NCBI RefSeq assembly: GCF_037042905.1
Contig: NC_087252.1
Coordinates: 24,988,001 to 25,052,000 of the forward strand
DNA length: 64,000 nucleotides
Direction: 5' to 3'
Origin: Lytechinus pictus
Lineage: Eukaryota
Part shown: piece by piece, positions 40,791 through 54,964 of the stretch
Layout: every line of letters starts with the position of its first letter
How positions within the stretch are numbered: the stretch's first letter is position 1
Translations under genes and position numbers: made by a program
Notes under the pieces: model-generated
Seen by the model: the letters and a program-made list of their open reading frames with translations, nothing else
Databases searched by the model: none
Told to the model about the DNA's origin: nothing

Positions 40791-42908
40791 CAATATTTAC
40801 AAAATAGGACCTTGATAGTCTATGAAATGTGTTTATTTCCTATAATAAATGGGGGGGGGGGCAATAGGGCTAGGTCACTTTTGAGGACAGGGCATAGCAA
40901 ATCTCTACAGCCATTGAAGGGCATTGGTCTGAATACAAGATAGATGGTTTGCATTTCTCTTATTACCCAAGTTTATTCCAACAAGTTGATTTGGATAAAG
41001 AAAAATCAAAACAAGCATAACAATAATAATACATTGTAAATACATAAGTGGTGAGAGAGAAATGAGCTAAATTAGCATGGAACTCCTGCTGGTTGGGTAA
41101 CAGGTCATTTTAATTCTAAGCAATAATAATTAATAAGGGCAATTCCATAGGTTGGTGGACCTGAGCTCAATGTGTCTTTGTACATATAGCCCATCTGAAC
41201 CGTAACATGAGTAACCACTTTATCTGCACCCCTAGTAAAAACCATGTGTTCTTTATTTTTTAATTATATACAAAGTTTGTCTCCCTAATATACTTCTTTG
41301 AAATGGAAATAATCAACTTTCATAAAAGCCTTGTATGAGGACACTTTTCACTTATGTTGACTTTTCATTTCATGCATGTCCAAATCATGTAACATGAGTA
41401 ACCGACACATTTCAAAGATTTGCCAGGAGCATAATAAAATTTCCCAAGTTTTGTTTTTATACAAAGGATAGTCATACTGCGTACTTTGTTGTGATAAAGA
41501 GATGTTTAGTTCCTATCAATAATAATGGAGTTACAGCTCCAAGTATGAGTCAAGGTGTCTCCAAACGTAACCTGAGTAACCGTGGAATAGCCCATAACAC
41601 AAGTCCCCACAAGTGCTTATCTATGTCGGCAGTCTTTAGACAAGTGCTTCTTCAGCTAAGATTTTACGATTTGACAAAGTTAAGGTTACATTACAGGCAG
41701 ATATGTCGATCTAAGACAATAAAGATTTAACTGACCTTAATGTTAAAAAAGACTTTCTTATTACATCACTATTTGCTGCGATGACTTGAAATAATATGCC
41801 TATAAAAAAATGACACCTAACCTTGACACATCACATCATGGCAAAATATAAAGCTTTCTTCATTTTATATCCCATACACTACTGGGCTCCGTACTGCATA
41901 GATTTCATTTAAGGATGTCCCGGGTTCCGGAGCCAAAATCCACAGGTTTTCTAGACTTGATAAGTTCATACAGGATTCATCAGGAGGGGGGGGGGGGGGC
42001 AAAGGGTTAATTACGTAATTGCAGTCACATGATTCATATCTAGTCCACATTTCAATTTTGTTGCCATTTTGCCCAAATCTTCTTTTCCACCATCAATGAT
42101 CTTCAGGTTCCAATTGAACTTACACAGGAACCACAAGGTTTTAGATGCAAATGGTTATTAACATCTATAATCAATGATACTTTATCCGGCCTTCACTTTA
42201 AAGCGACCTTCCCTTGACAAATCATGGAGAAATCAACGCCAATCTCAGAACAGAGAAGGGATTAAAGTCTTTCACTCGGCTGCATGCCTGGGAGGTCTAA
42301 TCTAGGAGAGCAATAGTTAGTCGACTAACCAACCAGAAGTAAACTGTGTGTTTTCACTTTGAAACATGTAACTTCACAGAGGATATCTATATTTTGGTTT
42401 AGCAACCAAGAGACCTGCTAAGAGTCTAAGAATTGGGATTGTTGGAAACTAGAACTGCGACAACCCGAAGTAAATAACGATCACGGGTTCGGTCAAATTC
42501 GTGCTGTCCGAACTTTTATCGCATTAGTCCGACGGGCGCTCATGACGGACGGATTATATTATGCAAGTCAATTGGCCTTTTGCAAATTTCGTATTGATTG
42601 AGTTTCCCCATGATTTGTCAATGGCAGGCCGCTTTAACTTTCTAACCAATATGCCATAAAAAGTCTTTCTTTGCCACTCAAAGGTCATTGGGTTCCTATC
42701 AAATTCACACAGGAGCCATCAGGACTTAGAGGTAAAAGGTTCAACGACTATAATCAATGATCCTTATCTGGTTTCCATTTGAACTGTTGCTGATTTGCCT
42801 TTGCCTTTCTCTGCGACTCCATAATCGTCGACATCTTATCCACTACTCACAGGATTCACTAGGTTCTGTACACAGCTGTACCATCATATCACGATCCTTA
42901 TCTAGCCT

Positions 42909-45900
42909 TCATTTTAATTTTGTCGCCAATTTGCTCATGTCCTTCTTTGTATTCCTCTGCACTTCTTTCTCCATCTTCTTCCGGCGTTGCTCGGCAGCAC
43001 GTCTCTCCCGCTCCGCTAGTTTCTTCTCCCTAATGACTTGCTCTGCCTCCCATGCCAAGTCGTCTCCAGCCTCCTCCTCCCACCCGTTGTCGTTTTCTGT
43101 CCATGTGCCCAGCTCATCCTAAAAAAAAAAAATAGAGGTATTTATTCATCTATCATTAATTCATTTATACATTTTGTCGCGTGACTGGCAGAAGGGCATT
43201 AACGCATGTGAGCCCTGGAATGTAGTTTTAACGTCTGACAGCGACGGCTTGTGCCCTTTTACAACAAGCGATTACGTCATTAGTAGGCAATTACAGTTAT
43301 ACCAAATGAAAGGGCCATCAAAACTCGACAAGACAGCACTGAAAACCAAAAGAAATTTGAGCTAACGCCCTTCTACAAGCCTTCGAGCTAACGCCCTTCT
43401 ACAAGCCTTCGAGCTAATGCCCTTCTGCCAGCCGTGAGACGATTTATTCATAATCTATTATCGGGGTTCATCAGTAATTGCTTTTCTCTAATGGGTTCCT
43501 AAATAATTACAAATATACAGTGTATGAACACTACAGATCATACTAAACATACATGTATGTACCACAGTAAGGTTGAATATTATGAGCTGGTAAGGGAGAC
43601 AGAACATGAAGTGAATCGCTTTTATCTTGGGAATTGCTATTACCCTTGGGGTTTGCAGTATAAATCTTATGCACTGGGTTAAGTTAGGATGCTATTTGCA
43701 AAGTTCATGAATGGGCTGAATGCGCATGGCCATTCATCTCAGCAAAAAAATAGATCTTTGAATTTCAAAAATCAAACATTTTGGTTCTTTACTTTCATGT
43801 GAAAGTTCATTGAATCACCTTGCAAAACAGAATTCATATTTCTGCTATGTAAAATTTATATGACAGAACAGAATTTCCACTTTGGATCAAGTTAGATACT
43901 GAATTACAGATTGTTGGAAACGGAAAAGACCACTTTTTAAAACTGAAAATCGATGTCCCTATTTGATAATCCTTGAGTTAATGAAGTATATAAATTATGC
44001 ATTTAAAGCATTGTCTCTTCTTAAAATGACTTGTCCCTCATTGTATATCAACCATACCGTTAGTAGAGCTGTTTCATCCATTCCTAAAGAAAGTCTATTT
44101 GATAATCCTTGAGTTAATGAAGATGGACCTGGTATCATCTGATGGGGCGTCTTCTTTCGTATCGTGGCCTGACAGGAAAAGAAAAAAAAAATTGAAAGAA
44201 AATGCTATAAATAATAAATATAATAATATGGTCCATTTATATAGCACAGCTACTATAATTGCATATACTCTACTGCGCTTGATACTTGGTATCATATCAT
44301 TACCCCGGCTGTAGCTGAGCCGCCATATAGGCGATAAAGTAAATATGGTCAATTTATACTATTCATGAATGCATATACTTTTCTGCCACTTGATACTTGG
44401 TATTAATCCAGCTGTAGCTGAGCCGCCATATAGGTGCTAAAGCGTTCAAGGAATAAATCCTACTGGGTATCCATTCACCTCACCTAGGTTCAGTGCAGCA
44501 CAATGTGGGTTAATTTCTTAATGAAGGAAAACAAGCCATAGCTGGGATTCGACCCACGTCCCTCTTCATTGAAAGACAGGTCGTACTACTAGACAACAAA
44601 GCCCCCATAATCAATAATATAGTACACTATTATGCTTGTAGTTGAATACTAGTTTACCAAATAATAGGTTTTCATAGCTTTTGCAAATCTCAAGAGAATT
44701 ACAATATCATATTATGTTGCTGAGGCCATATGCTGAGGTAGGATTTGGCAAGAATAAAAAAAGAAAGAAAGAAAAATTAAAAGTTAATAAAGAAGAAGCC
44801 CAAGTATTGAAATTTGATGATAATCACATTTCATGGGGGATTGGGGCGATTTCACCACCAAATGTTCACAAGATCTTGGGGAATTAAAGATATACACAGT
44901 AAAAAAAATTATACAAGTATACAACGCTGTTTACTATATGAACCTTACAGTAATTGTTTAAACAGTTTAAACAAGTGTTTAAATCTTAAGCAACAATGTT
45001 TAATTTTTAATATCTAATCTTCAATAAATAAAACATGATTGTTTAAACGGTTAAACAAATACTGTAAGGTTCATATATAGTAAACAGCGTTGTATGAAAT
45101 CTTATACAGCATTTTTACTGTGTAGCCCTGTACTATCCACATTCACTGCAATGTTAAACTAAAAAAAAAAGCTTATCCAATAGAGCAGATTTAGGAAGTA
45201 GATTGTGAAAAGTAGCCCCCGAAAAAAATTCTTTGCCTGCTACAGAGGAAGTTACTTTTATGTATCTCATACGCAATTCGCCCAGATTTACACATTGCTG
45301 GGATACATTCAATCTCTTAACATTCATTCGGGTGGGTGCGTCATGGTCTAGTGGTTCTGACTCTCGCCTTTGAAACAGAGGGTCGTGGGTTCGAATCCTA
45401 GCCATGGCGTGTTTTCCTTCAGCAAGAAATTCATCCACACTGTGCTGCACTCGACCCAGGTGAGGTGAATGGGTACCCGGCAGGAGTAATTCCTTGCATG
45501 CACTGAGCGCCGGTGATGGTAGCTCGAGCTAAAGCCGGGGTAATAATTGCAGCGCTTTGTATCTTCAGGCAAAAAGCGCTTTATAAATCCAGCTATTATT
45601 ATTATATGTTTCAAAGTTGTGTCATCATCATATAATTAATCCAATAAAACCCCTGAATAACAACTCACAGGTTTTTTATAACTTGGTGTCATATCTGCAA
45701 AATAGTCTACTTGCTGTTCTTCCTCTCCATCGTCTGGATTTCCGAGCGAGGGCGCCGTTTGGTTACTAGAGGCGACCGTGGGCGTGGTAGGGTCAATCTT
45801 GATGCTCATAGTTGAGCCATCCCCCCAGTCATCCCAATCAAGATCAACCTAGTGAAAAGAATAAAAATATTTGATTTAAAAAGATAAAATAGAAAAAAAA

Positions 45901-47027
45901 TTATGAGTGGGTGGCAACATAACTAAATGTTTTGTGATATTAATAATGATATATTAAGCAAAACTTCAAAATGACAAAACTTTCAATATAATTTGATATC
46001 TGATAAAGCTTGTTTGATTGTGCTTTTATGCAAACCAACTTTTTGTTTAGGTGGACTTGCCCTTTATTAAAGTAATATGTTCTCCATCACTTTACATCGA
46101 GCAGATGTCAAATCGTTCAGTTCATCAATATATTTCTTAGAAATGGTGCCAAGTCGTGGCTTTGAATTATAGGTACTTGTTTTTTAGTGATCATGTAGCA
46201 CTCGTGGGTCTTTCTATCAGTTGGATGATCAACGGAATGGGCTGGGCCCAATTCATCTAGGCCATGCGTTATTTCATATAGCTGGTTCACATCGGTTTTA
46301 TGGTGTATGTAAGGATTGGTAAATCACCTTGAAAGAGGCATTAACAGAAGGGCCACTCAAATTTGCAATATGGAATACATAATAATACATGCATAAAAGT
46401 TCATTCAACTATCAGCTGAAGAGTGTTGAAAAGGTCTGAAAAAGAAAGAGCTCCCATACTTTTTGTACAGAGGAAGGCCAAAAAAAATCTAAAATTAAGC
46501 TGAAAATCAAAACAAAAAAATCTGAAATCAGATAAAAATCTGAACTCTCACACCCCTGTATCATGTGTGGACTAACTTTATTTATGGCATGCAGGAGTTA
46601 TAATGTTAGCTTTCATAGCTTCTAGCTCTTTTGAACTTTCTAATATTGCTTTTAAACACAGAAATAGAATGTGAGAAAATGACATTGCCCCGAAAAGGGA
46701 CCCTGTCATTCATGATCAGTGCTTGACCAACTATCGCTTTTTACTTTTTCTAAAGATGCTTGCACAAATGTCATATACCATTTGAAACCAAGCTCTTAAT
46801 ATCATAAGGTTTTTAACTTAACTTACGCCTGAGTTATTTATTTGTGAAGTATTGCTGTAATTCTGAGCACCAGACCCATTGATGGAAGGACCCAGGGTCC
46901 CTGATGGTTTGGTGGTAGGTAGACCGGGATCGCTGGATCGTCTCCTCCGGAACCGGAATACAGTCCTCTTGATGAAGGAGAAGAGAGATGCGAGGCAAGA
47001 ACACAGTACCCACGGCGATAGCTTCAT
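42909..47027 (-). CDS. EBAG9: Receptor-binding cancer antigen RCAS1 / EBAG9 orthologue, 4 coding exons, 233 aa
   Basis: Exons 47027-46827, 45848-45669, 44168-44058, 43118-42909, all phase 0 GT-AG. N-terminal CSCLASLFSFIKR membrane anchor, WDDW, DYFADMTP, LGTWTENDNGWEEE, C-terminal coiled coil EKKLAERERRAAEQRRKKMEKE. A 5'UTR acceptor lies at 47075-47076. Confidence 0.95.
45334..45606 (+). mobile_element. tRNA-derived SINE with (ATT)n tail (antisense to EBAG9)
   Basis: TGGTCTAGTGG A box, GGTTCGAATCCT B box, GAATGGGTACCCGG core; an opposite-strand relative lies at about 44370-44605. Confidence 0.8.
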
Positions 47028-48084
47028 GGTGATTACGATTGATGAGTTGACGGTATCCCTTTGTTTCAAAATATCTGAGGCAGTGAGAAAACGTGATGGT
47101 TAGGATTTTATATACTGGTATATTTCATGTTACTTCTTCACTGTGTACAAGTAGCATTAGAAAAACCCGGACAACGGGTGATTTTTCCCCCTAAAAAGTG
47201 CGGCCGTTGCATGTACGCTCGCTATTTTCACATGCTTTTGCAATGGAACTGCGCACTTATCAGCCTTCACGCACTGTTTAGAGGCGAATTTCAGCTGCCT
47301 CACGGAGCTCGCGAGAGCACCATAGGAATTGTACATCGTACCGTGCACTGGAAGCAGGGGCCAGGGCTGCCACACACTGGGGAATGCTATCCTGACCTGA
47401 AGTCGTGGTTAATCTTGACCACCGCGGTTGCCATCGGCCAATTTTCGTGATAACAAAGGGAAGTACTATCAGTCCTTTTTATATGAAATGCAAAACTAGT
47501 ATGGATTAAAATAGTTTGTACAAAATAGTTGCAGGGTGGACAAAAACCCTTAAGCAGCCACACACTGGCGCAGTTACTCTAGTATTATTTTTAGATAGAG
47601 GTTTCAAAAGCATTTTCATAAACAATAATATTTTTTCTTTCAGAATTTTGAGGAAAGTTAGCCTTTGTATTCTGTAGATCTACATTTAACTAAGTCTACA
47701 ATGAGATTTTGCTGCAATTTCTCCCCGATTTTACTTTCGCCACCGACGTCGAGACTTATCGCGTAAAATGCTTACCTTTAGAATCCAACGTCATGTGATA
47801 ATGTCTTGTGTGTGTGTGTGTACCTTGTTCTAACACTAAAGTTAGTATCCATGCTCTCATATTTGATTATGACATTGGATTTTTGAATTACTCTGCATAA
47901 AAAAGTGGCATTAATGATTATCGTGAAATTGGGAACCAGAACCATCGGACACTTTTCACGACAAGAAATGCCCTAACTCCCTTTTCAAGCTTCCTCACTG
48001 CTTCACCCAACCTGGTGCGCTGCTTCTAAATCCTTCAAAGAGCTTACATGTAGATGAGAAAGATTGATTTCGTCGCCGTGTTTT

Positions 48085-48560
48085 CTCTACTCGTTGAAAT
48101 GGGAACCAGCATGGAAAATTCTCGATAGAGTTGAACACGCTGGTTCCCATTTCAAAGAGTAGAGTTGAAATGGGAACCAGCGTGGAAAATTCTCCATAGA
48201 GTTGTACACGATGGTTCCCATTTTGAAGAGTAGATCATATAAAAAAGATTAAAATGAAATCATTTTGTCAGTGATGATTCTGATGAAATAAATCTCACTA
48301 GTTAATCTGTCTTTTTCTACTCCTAAAAATCTCCTGAAAATGGGAACCAGCATGCAAAATTCTTGAGAATATTCCATAGCGGGATCCCATTTCGAATAGT
48401 AGATATAAAAGACAGATTACTAATGTGATTTATTTTAGTGATGATTGTAACGAAATAAATCTCAAGTAAACTGTCTTTATCTAGGCCTACACGTGAAAAT
48501 GGGAACCAGCATGTACAATTCTTGAGAATTTTCCATAGCTGGTTCCCATTTTCACAAGTA
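48085..48560. repeat. Array of four imperfect palindromes of about 60 bp
   Basis: AAATGGGAACCAGC...GCTGGTTCCCATTT units at about 48094, 48166, 48336 and 48494. Confidence 0.85.
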
Positions 48561-48665
48561 CATATAAGAGGTAAAATGATTCATGGCCATACATGTACCG
48601 TACATCTTATTTTAGTGAATCGATTTTGTAATCATTTTTTATAACATTAGTGAAAGTGGCAGAGT

Positions 48666-49470
48666 TAGGGACAGTGATTTTCCGCGATTGCGGAAAACGG
48701 ACGGAATTCACGGAAATTGCCTTTTGAAACGGAAAGTGCCATTTCAAACGGAAAATCACGGAAAACATATTTTTTCCTCAGAATACACAGAACAGCAACA
48801 GTAATTACTCCAAAATCTCATCAAAATACGAATATTAACTGGCCACAAAACCTCACAAAACACGATCTCACTTCACTACAAAGTATGACAATTCACACAT
48901 CGTGACTGCTCTTGACTCCATCACTCTCGATCGTACCCCGCGGGCCTCGCCCGCGTCTTGGCCGGCAGCGGGGTCGGCCGTATCGAAAACATTCACATGC
49001 AAACAACACGGTCGTGTGTTGCTGCCCTCTACGTTTGAAGATGTAACAGCACGATCTTCCGGTCTTGAAATCCAAAATGGCGGATAGGCTACAGTCGCTG
49101 ACTGGTCGAAACGATGTCCAAAAACCCCCAAAATTATCGATAAAATTTAATTTAACAAAAAAATAATGCTAATAATGTGAAAGGTAAGGATGTATTTATG
49201 TCAGATATGTTTGTGAAAATATTTTGTGTACCCGCATAGATCCGATTAGAGCGGATTCTACTGCGTTGTTGGTACAGTGGCAGATACAAATTTTGACCAG
49301 CGCAGCGCGAGTGATATATTGCTACTGAATGGTAAACGGAATTGCCAATTTTCCGTGTACACAAAGTCTATGGGGAAACGGAATTTCCGTTTTCTGGCAT
49401 GCTGAAACGGAATTTACGATTTTCTGAAACGGAAAAGGCAATTTTTTGAAACGGAAAATCACTGTCCCTA
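48666..49470. mobile_element. TAGGG-TIR (hAT-like) non-autonomous element with 6-bp TSD
   Basis: TIR TAGGGACAGTGATTTTCCG; CAGAGT at 48660-48665 and 49471-49476. Confidence 0.85.
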
Positions 49471-50681
49471 CAGAGTGGACTTGAAAAGCAGGAAAATGTG
49501 GGGAGGATGGATATCATTTATTATAAAATAAGATCTATAATTCCATATTTGACTAGACTAGTTAAACCCTCGCACAGAAGTGTTGACGTCATCTGAAAAC
49601 TTGTCCATCCATCATGCCCATGGAAATCTGCATCTGAGCCCAATTAATATCGCACGAGGAAAGAGGGAATCAGTTGTGTGAAGAGCTTCGCATCATAAAC
49701 TAAGCATTTTGCATCTATTCTTTTGAAAATCGACGAAGCGAGGTTTCTTAACTTATTGCGGTGAAAGGAGGTAACGACTAACGTTACTGACACTTAAAAT
49801 TCGATTTGGTGACGGTGACCATTTCCCAAGAGCCAAGCATGGGACACTCACACTATTACGAGATTAGAAATACCTCGTACCCCGATTGGCCCTGGATTTC
49901 TATGTAGATCTAGTCGGCAAACATCGCTTCATTACAGACCTCATCCTCAGAAGTAATAATTGCCGAAACTCCTTCTCACTACTCACCGGCAGGTTGCTCA
50001 CCGGGGCTCTTTCCAGTGAGTAGCCAATCATATTAAGGTGGAGCTTGGATCAGCTCATAGAGAGAGTTGCATGTGCCATGTCTTGATATTCCCGTGCACG
50101 GCGGCATGTATGAATGTAGAGCCTTGGCTTGAGCTTGAGTGAGGACAGGCATGACGCACCCATGGGTGCATCTCTGCCGCCGTGTACAGGAAAATTGAGG
50201 CACGGCGCATTCAACAATTCAACAGCCTGCCGTAAATTTAATAAGAGGATTTACAGAATGTAATCCTCCTACGAAACTTGCCAAACGATGTGAAGTCAAT
50301 TCCTCCTAATATGATGAATATCCCTCAAAAAGCGTCATTTAAGCATTAATTTTTCTTCTCGTTGACCACAAAATACAAAGCAACCTTGCGAGTTCTCAAA
50401 TTTTTCGTCTAATGAGCGAAAGAGGGCGCACGATTCATCTTCATATAAAATACACTACAAGGGAAAGACTAGACACAAAAACTATCTTACATGTCTTGAA
50501 TCTTGAAGAAGTACTCTCCCAAAAGCGTACACGCTGTCCTGGAGAGGGTTGTGCTGTGTCAGGTGCTGCCAGTGCTTCAGGTGATGTGGTGATCCTGTGG
50601 TGGTATTCTTGGTGCACTATATACAGTGTGCTAGGTGCAGTGTGCGGGTGGTGCGTGTGTGTCCCTCTTACAGCATCTTAA

Positions 50682-51617
50682 GGACGTTCCACAGTTATGT
50701 TTGTGCACATTATGATCTGCGCATAATTTACACTCTGCGCGCTGACGTCACAATGGATGAACAGGTGATTAATTAGCTGCGGGTATGAGCTGATTTTTCT
50801 CATCTTCTGCACTTTAACTGCAGATCCGATGCGTTATTTCATGAATATAAAAAATGGAATTATCCCATGGACCATTCAAAAAAATATTCTCTACAATTTC
50901 AAAATACTTTACTCTGCAGTGCTGCCAAGAATCACGAATATTAGCCCGAGTTTGAATAAATGGTAGAGTGGTTTTGATTTTTTCTTCACATAGATACTAA
51001 GCATTCGGCGCATTTTTGGTGTTTTAAAAAGCACATTTGCTCTAATAAAAATGGTGATAGTTTAAAAACAAGCACATGAACCCCTATTTTTTAATGTTTG
51101 TACCTCTTAGATATACCTTCCTCTACAACTCTGCAAATTTTTGTGAAAATGACATGGATTTTGAATAAAGTGCAGCATTTATTGTACGTTTGTAGTTTGT
51201 TACTGAAATTTTACATTTTTTAGATTGGGATTTTGTTATCTTTTACGCCATTTTTAAGAACTGACAGTGCTGTTAAACTTAAAATTGCAAACAAATAGCA
51301 CTATAAATATATTCTCCATTCTAACGATACAATTATTAACTCTCTTGCGAAATTTGATGACTTTTTCATGTATTTTGACTGAGTAATAGAGGTTTAAACT
51401 CATTGTAGTAATCTTGGGCGGTCTAAAAATGCCAAATTCTTTTGAATGCGCAATTCTTAAAAACATCAATTTGGGTGAACTTTGAAGCTCTATAGCAAAA
51501 AATCAAGCACATGGACCTATGTTAATTTTTGCATATTTCGAATATTAAGGTTCTAAAGTATCTATGTGCAAAGTTTGGTGAAAATGACATGGATTTCACT
51601 TTAACTGTGGAACGTCC
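50682..51617. mobile_element. Non-autonomous TIR element with TTAA TSD (Kolobok-like), copy 1
   Basis: TIR GGACGTTCCACAGTTA at both ends; TTAA at 50678-50681 and 51618-51621; 936 bp; inserted in the last codons of the LINE ORF. Confidence 0.9.
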
Positions 51618-52820
51618 TTAAGGGGAGGGGAAGGCAACATTTGCTGAATGATAGGCAATGTTGCTCCCCGGAAGCCAGCTATAGAGGTCGAAGTTACAGC
51701 AGCGTTTGGGAGAGTATTCCAAATACGGATGGTTCTTGGGAACATACTGTACATGTAGCAGTTCACTCTACAAAAAGGCTGGGTGTACTTGAGCTGATGT
51801 CCAGTGTGTTGTGAACCTTGTGGACGAGAACTGCTGCTTAACTTAATCTGATGTGGCATGTTGATGTAAACATAATTGTGATGAATTTTGTAGAACATCT
51901 CACATTGGCTAAGAAGGCGTCTGTGTTGGAGAGTATCCCAGTGAAGAGTTGACAACATCGATGTTACACTGGATTCTCTGCTATAGTCATGAAGGACAAA
52001 CCGAGCACCCTGACGCTGAATGTTCTCAATAATGTTTACATCTTTCTGTATGTGAGGATTCCATGCACATGAAGCATACTCAAGTTGAGGTCTGACAAGT
52101 TGCTTGTACGCAATGTCTCTCACTTTCAGGTCACATTTACCCAATGCTCGACGTATGATTCCAAGAGTACGAGCAGCTTTGGAGGATATCTTCTGTGCAT
52201 GGGAGTTCCAACTCAGGTTGTCTGTGATGGTCACACCGAGGTATTTACAGGAGGTTGCCGTTGGAACAGGTTGGTCACTGATGGTAAAGTTGCAAGCCAA
52301 GGGTTGTCGTTTCAATGAGATACACATGTGGGCACACTTCTTGACATTGAAGGACATATCCCACAGTTTTGCCCAATCTGATAATGTTGAAAGATCTCGC
52401 TGGAGAATTGCGTGGTCAGCTCTTGTCTTGACCTTGCGATACAGCACACAGTCATCAGCAAAGAGTCTGATTGGTGATGAGATGCATTCACAGATGTCAT
52501 TGATGTACAGCAGGAATAACACAGGCCCGAGTACTGAGCCTTGCGGCACGCCTGAGAGTACACTGGCTCGTGGTGAGGATGTTCCATCAACATGAACTGA
52601 CTGAGATCTGCCTGATAGAAAAGCTTTGATCCATCCATGCATTTGACCAGTAATGCCATAATACTCCAATTTGTAGAGCAGCTTCCTGTGTGATACCTTA
52701 TCAAAGGCCTTACTAAAGTCGAGAAAGAAGGCGTCTGTCTGACTTTGCTGGTCGATGTTGTATGCCCAGTCATTGATGGCCTCAACAAGTTGCGTTTCGC
52801 ATGACAGTCCCTTCCTAAAT

Positions 52821-53811
52821 CAAGGCTCGACATTAGCGGTGGCCCGGGGCCACCAGAAATTCACCTCGGGCAACCATTATTGAAAAATATTAAGTTTTGG
52901 TGGCCCGAATCGGGCAACCAATAATTTTCAGAATAGCGCAATTTTTCTCCCCATTTTGCACGCATTTATCAACTTTCTACAGTTCAAATTGCAAGCCAGT
53001 TCGTCATGCGCCCTTTTTGTTGATCTACACACAAACACACACACAAAGTTGGCCTACCGCTATAGCATTAAGTAGCTTTTATCCAGCCGGCTGGCGTGAG
53101 CTTTGCATGCTTGAAGCAGCTGTGCGTTAGCAGCCTATTCAGACTCAGGGAGCTGCAATACGAAATGTTGCTACGAAGAAATCTTCCACAGAACTGTGAA
53201 AATCCAAGTCAAAGTCACATTTTACACCAATGAAATGCCGTTCTACAGACCTTTTTGCTAAAATCTGGTGTATCCTGATTATTTGCAAGCATTAAAAAGA
53301 GGAATCATGACCTCTCTTTTGACTCAAAAAGACCGATTTCCAAATGAAAATAATACACATAAAAACACATAGGCGAGTACATCACAGTCCCACATGTGCA
53401 TTTGTATGTATATTGTTACTTGGTTTCTTTCGAAGCTGTGTCTTTTCCGGTCTTTTCTAGCCAAAAATAAACAGACAGTTACTTTCTTTCTTGTTTATAA
53501 ATGACTTCTTAAACAACTCTTGAGAAAGTTCATACTTTGGGAAGGCATTTCATTAATATGAAATGTGAATTTTTCCAACATTTTGGCAAATTTAGGGAAG
53601 GAATTTTCTCACACTTTTTTTGCCCTTTTATTATTTTCTTTCATTTTTTTTGACAGTGGTTAAACCATTTATACCCATTTATTAATTTTCAATGTTTTTC
53701 TTTATATTTTTCGGGCCACCAAACTTTAATATCGGGCCACCAAAAAAAATTATTTGAAGGTTTTGGTGGCCCGAACGGGCCACCACCAAAAAAAGTTAAT
53801 GTGGAGCCTTG
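52821..53811. mobile_element. P-superfamily-like non-autonomous element, 7-bp TSD
   Basis: TIR CAAGGCTC(G/C)ACATTA(G/A)C; TSD CCTAAAT at 52814-52820 and 53812-53818; splits LINE codons HRFR/KG. Confidence 0.85.
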
Positions 53812-54964
53812 CCTAAATCTATGTTGGTTTGGGTTGATGATGTTATTCTTTTCCAAGTATTTTGACATGTGGCTCAATACAATGTGCTCTAGGATCTTGC
53901 AGGAGATGCATGTGAGTGACACCGGTCTATAATTGGCTGGGTTACTCTTGTCGCCAGACTTGTAGATGCTGGCCACTTGAGCTCTTAGCCAATCACTTGG
54001 AAGAATTCCCTCATCATAGGATTGTTGGAAGAGATGAGTAAGGACTGGGCTAATCTCATCTGCATAGTCTCTTAACATTCTAGCAGGTATTTCATCTGGA
54101 CCACTGGCTTTGTTGGTGTTAAGTTCTTTCAGTTGTTTATTCACTCCTCGTAAGCTGATGAAGAGATCTTCAATTGGTGTGTACGGTGTACGGTGAGGGA
54201 CCCTTGTCTGGTAGTACCGATGAAGTATTATCATGTGTAAAAACTGAAGAGAACTGAGCATTTAGAGCATTAGCTTTCTCCTCATTGGATACATAGGAAA
54301 CATTTCCCACTTTTAAAGTTGGGATTCCTACCGACTCTCTCCGCTGAGCTTTGACATGTAAATCAATGCAAATCGTTACGCGAAGTCAGCAAAGTGTCCA
54401 ATCTTTTTACTGTAAAGACTTTGGTGGAACGTTAATTGACAAACGAACGGTAGCACTTGCAAGGCTTCGTTCAAGGTACTTAGAATTTTCTATATTTTTT
54501 GTTTAATTTGTCATCGATTTGAATATTTTCCAAAATGTATTATCGTCAGCAAAAATAATAAAAAAGTACGTTTTTTAAGTTATCGCATTTATTGGTGTCT
54601 CTATTTTATCAAACAATCATTGGAATTGCGCAAACAATGAATAAAAAATCTAGTTTAAAAAATACCGACAAGCTAAATTAAGGTTGTGAATTGTATTAGT
54701 GCCACCAACGACCTTCCTTTTATTTCCGTCGAAGAGACATGCGAAGCAACTTTCCAGGCCGAGGTAACATTTTGCTCTTTTTTTGCATGCTTTTTCCATG
54801 ATTAAATATGTAAAATTGAAAATGGAACGCTTTTCACCAGAAAAAGCCCTGGTGAGTAGCGGAATGAGTTTCGGCTAACATTCTTCGCGTTATGAAGCGA
54901 TGTTAACCGACAACTCCAAAATCCATACTGTAAACACGTACGTGGTGCGAGGTTCGTATAACAT

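Larger units (their letters stand above)
50494..54360 (-). mobile_element. 5'-truncated non-LTR retrotransposon (CR1/L2-group-like RT), interrupted by two MITEs
   Basis: RT motifs KASGPDEIP, NYRPVSLT, QHRFR, LDFSKAFDKV, GVPQGSVLGP, FADD, KYLGV. Removing inserts 52821-53811 and 50682-51617 restores the frame to ...PSPPLKML* (stop at 50668-50670). A short TCAAGA/TTCAAG-type tail lies near 50494-50506. Confidence 0.92.

Noticed and set aside
42757..43122. 121-aa plus-strand ORF
   Set aside because: It is the antisense shadow of the last EBAG9 exon.
49981..50450. Candidate non-coding first exon and promoter of EBAG9 (minus-strand GTGAGT donor at 49981-49986)
   Set aside because: Plausible, but other candidate donors exist (for example about 47772) and it cannot be fixed without transcript data.
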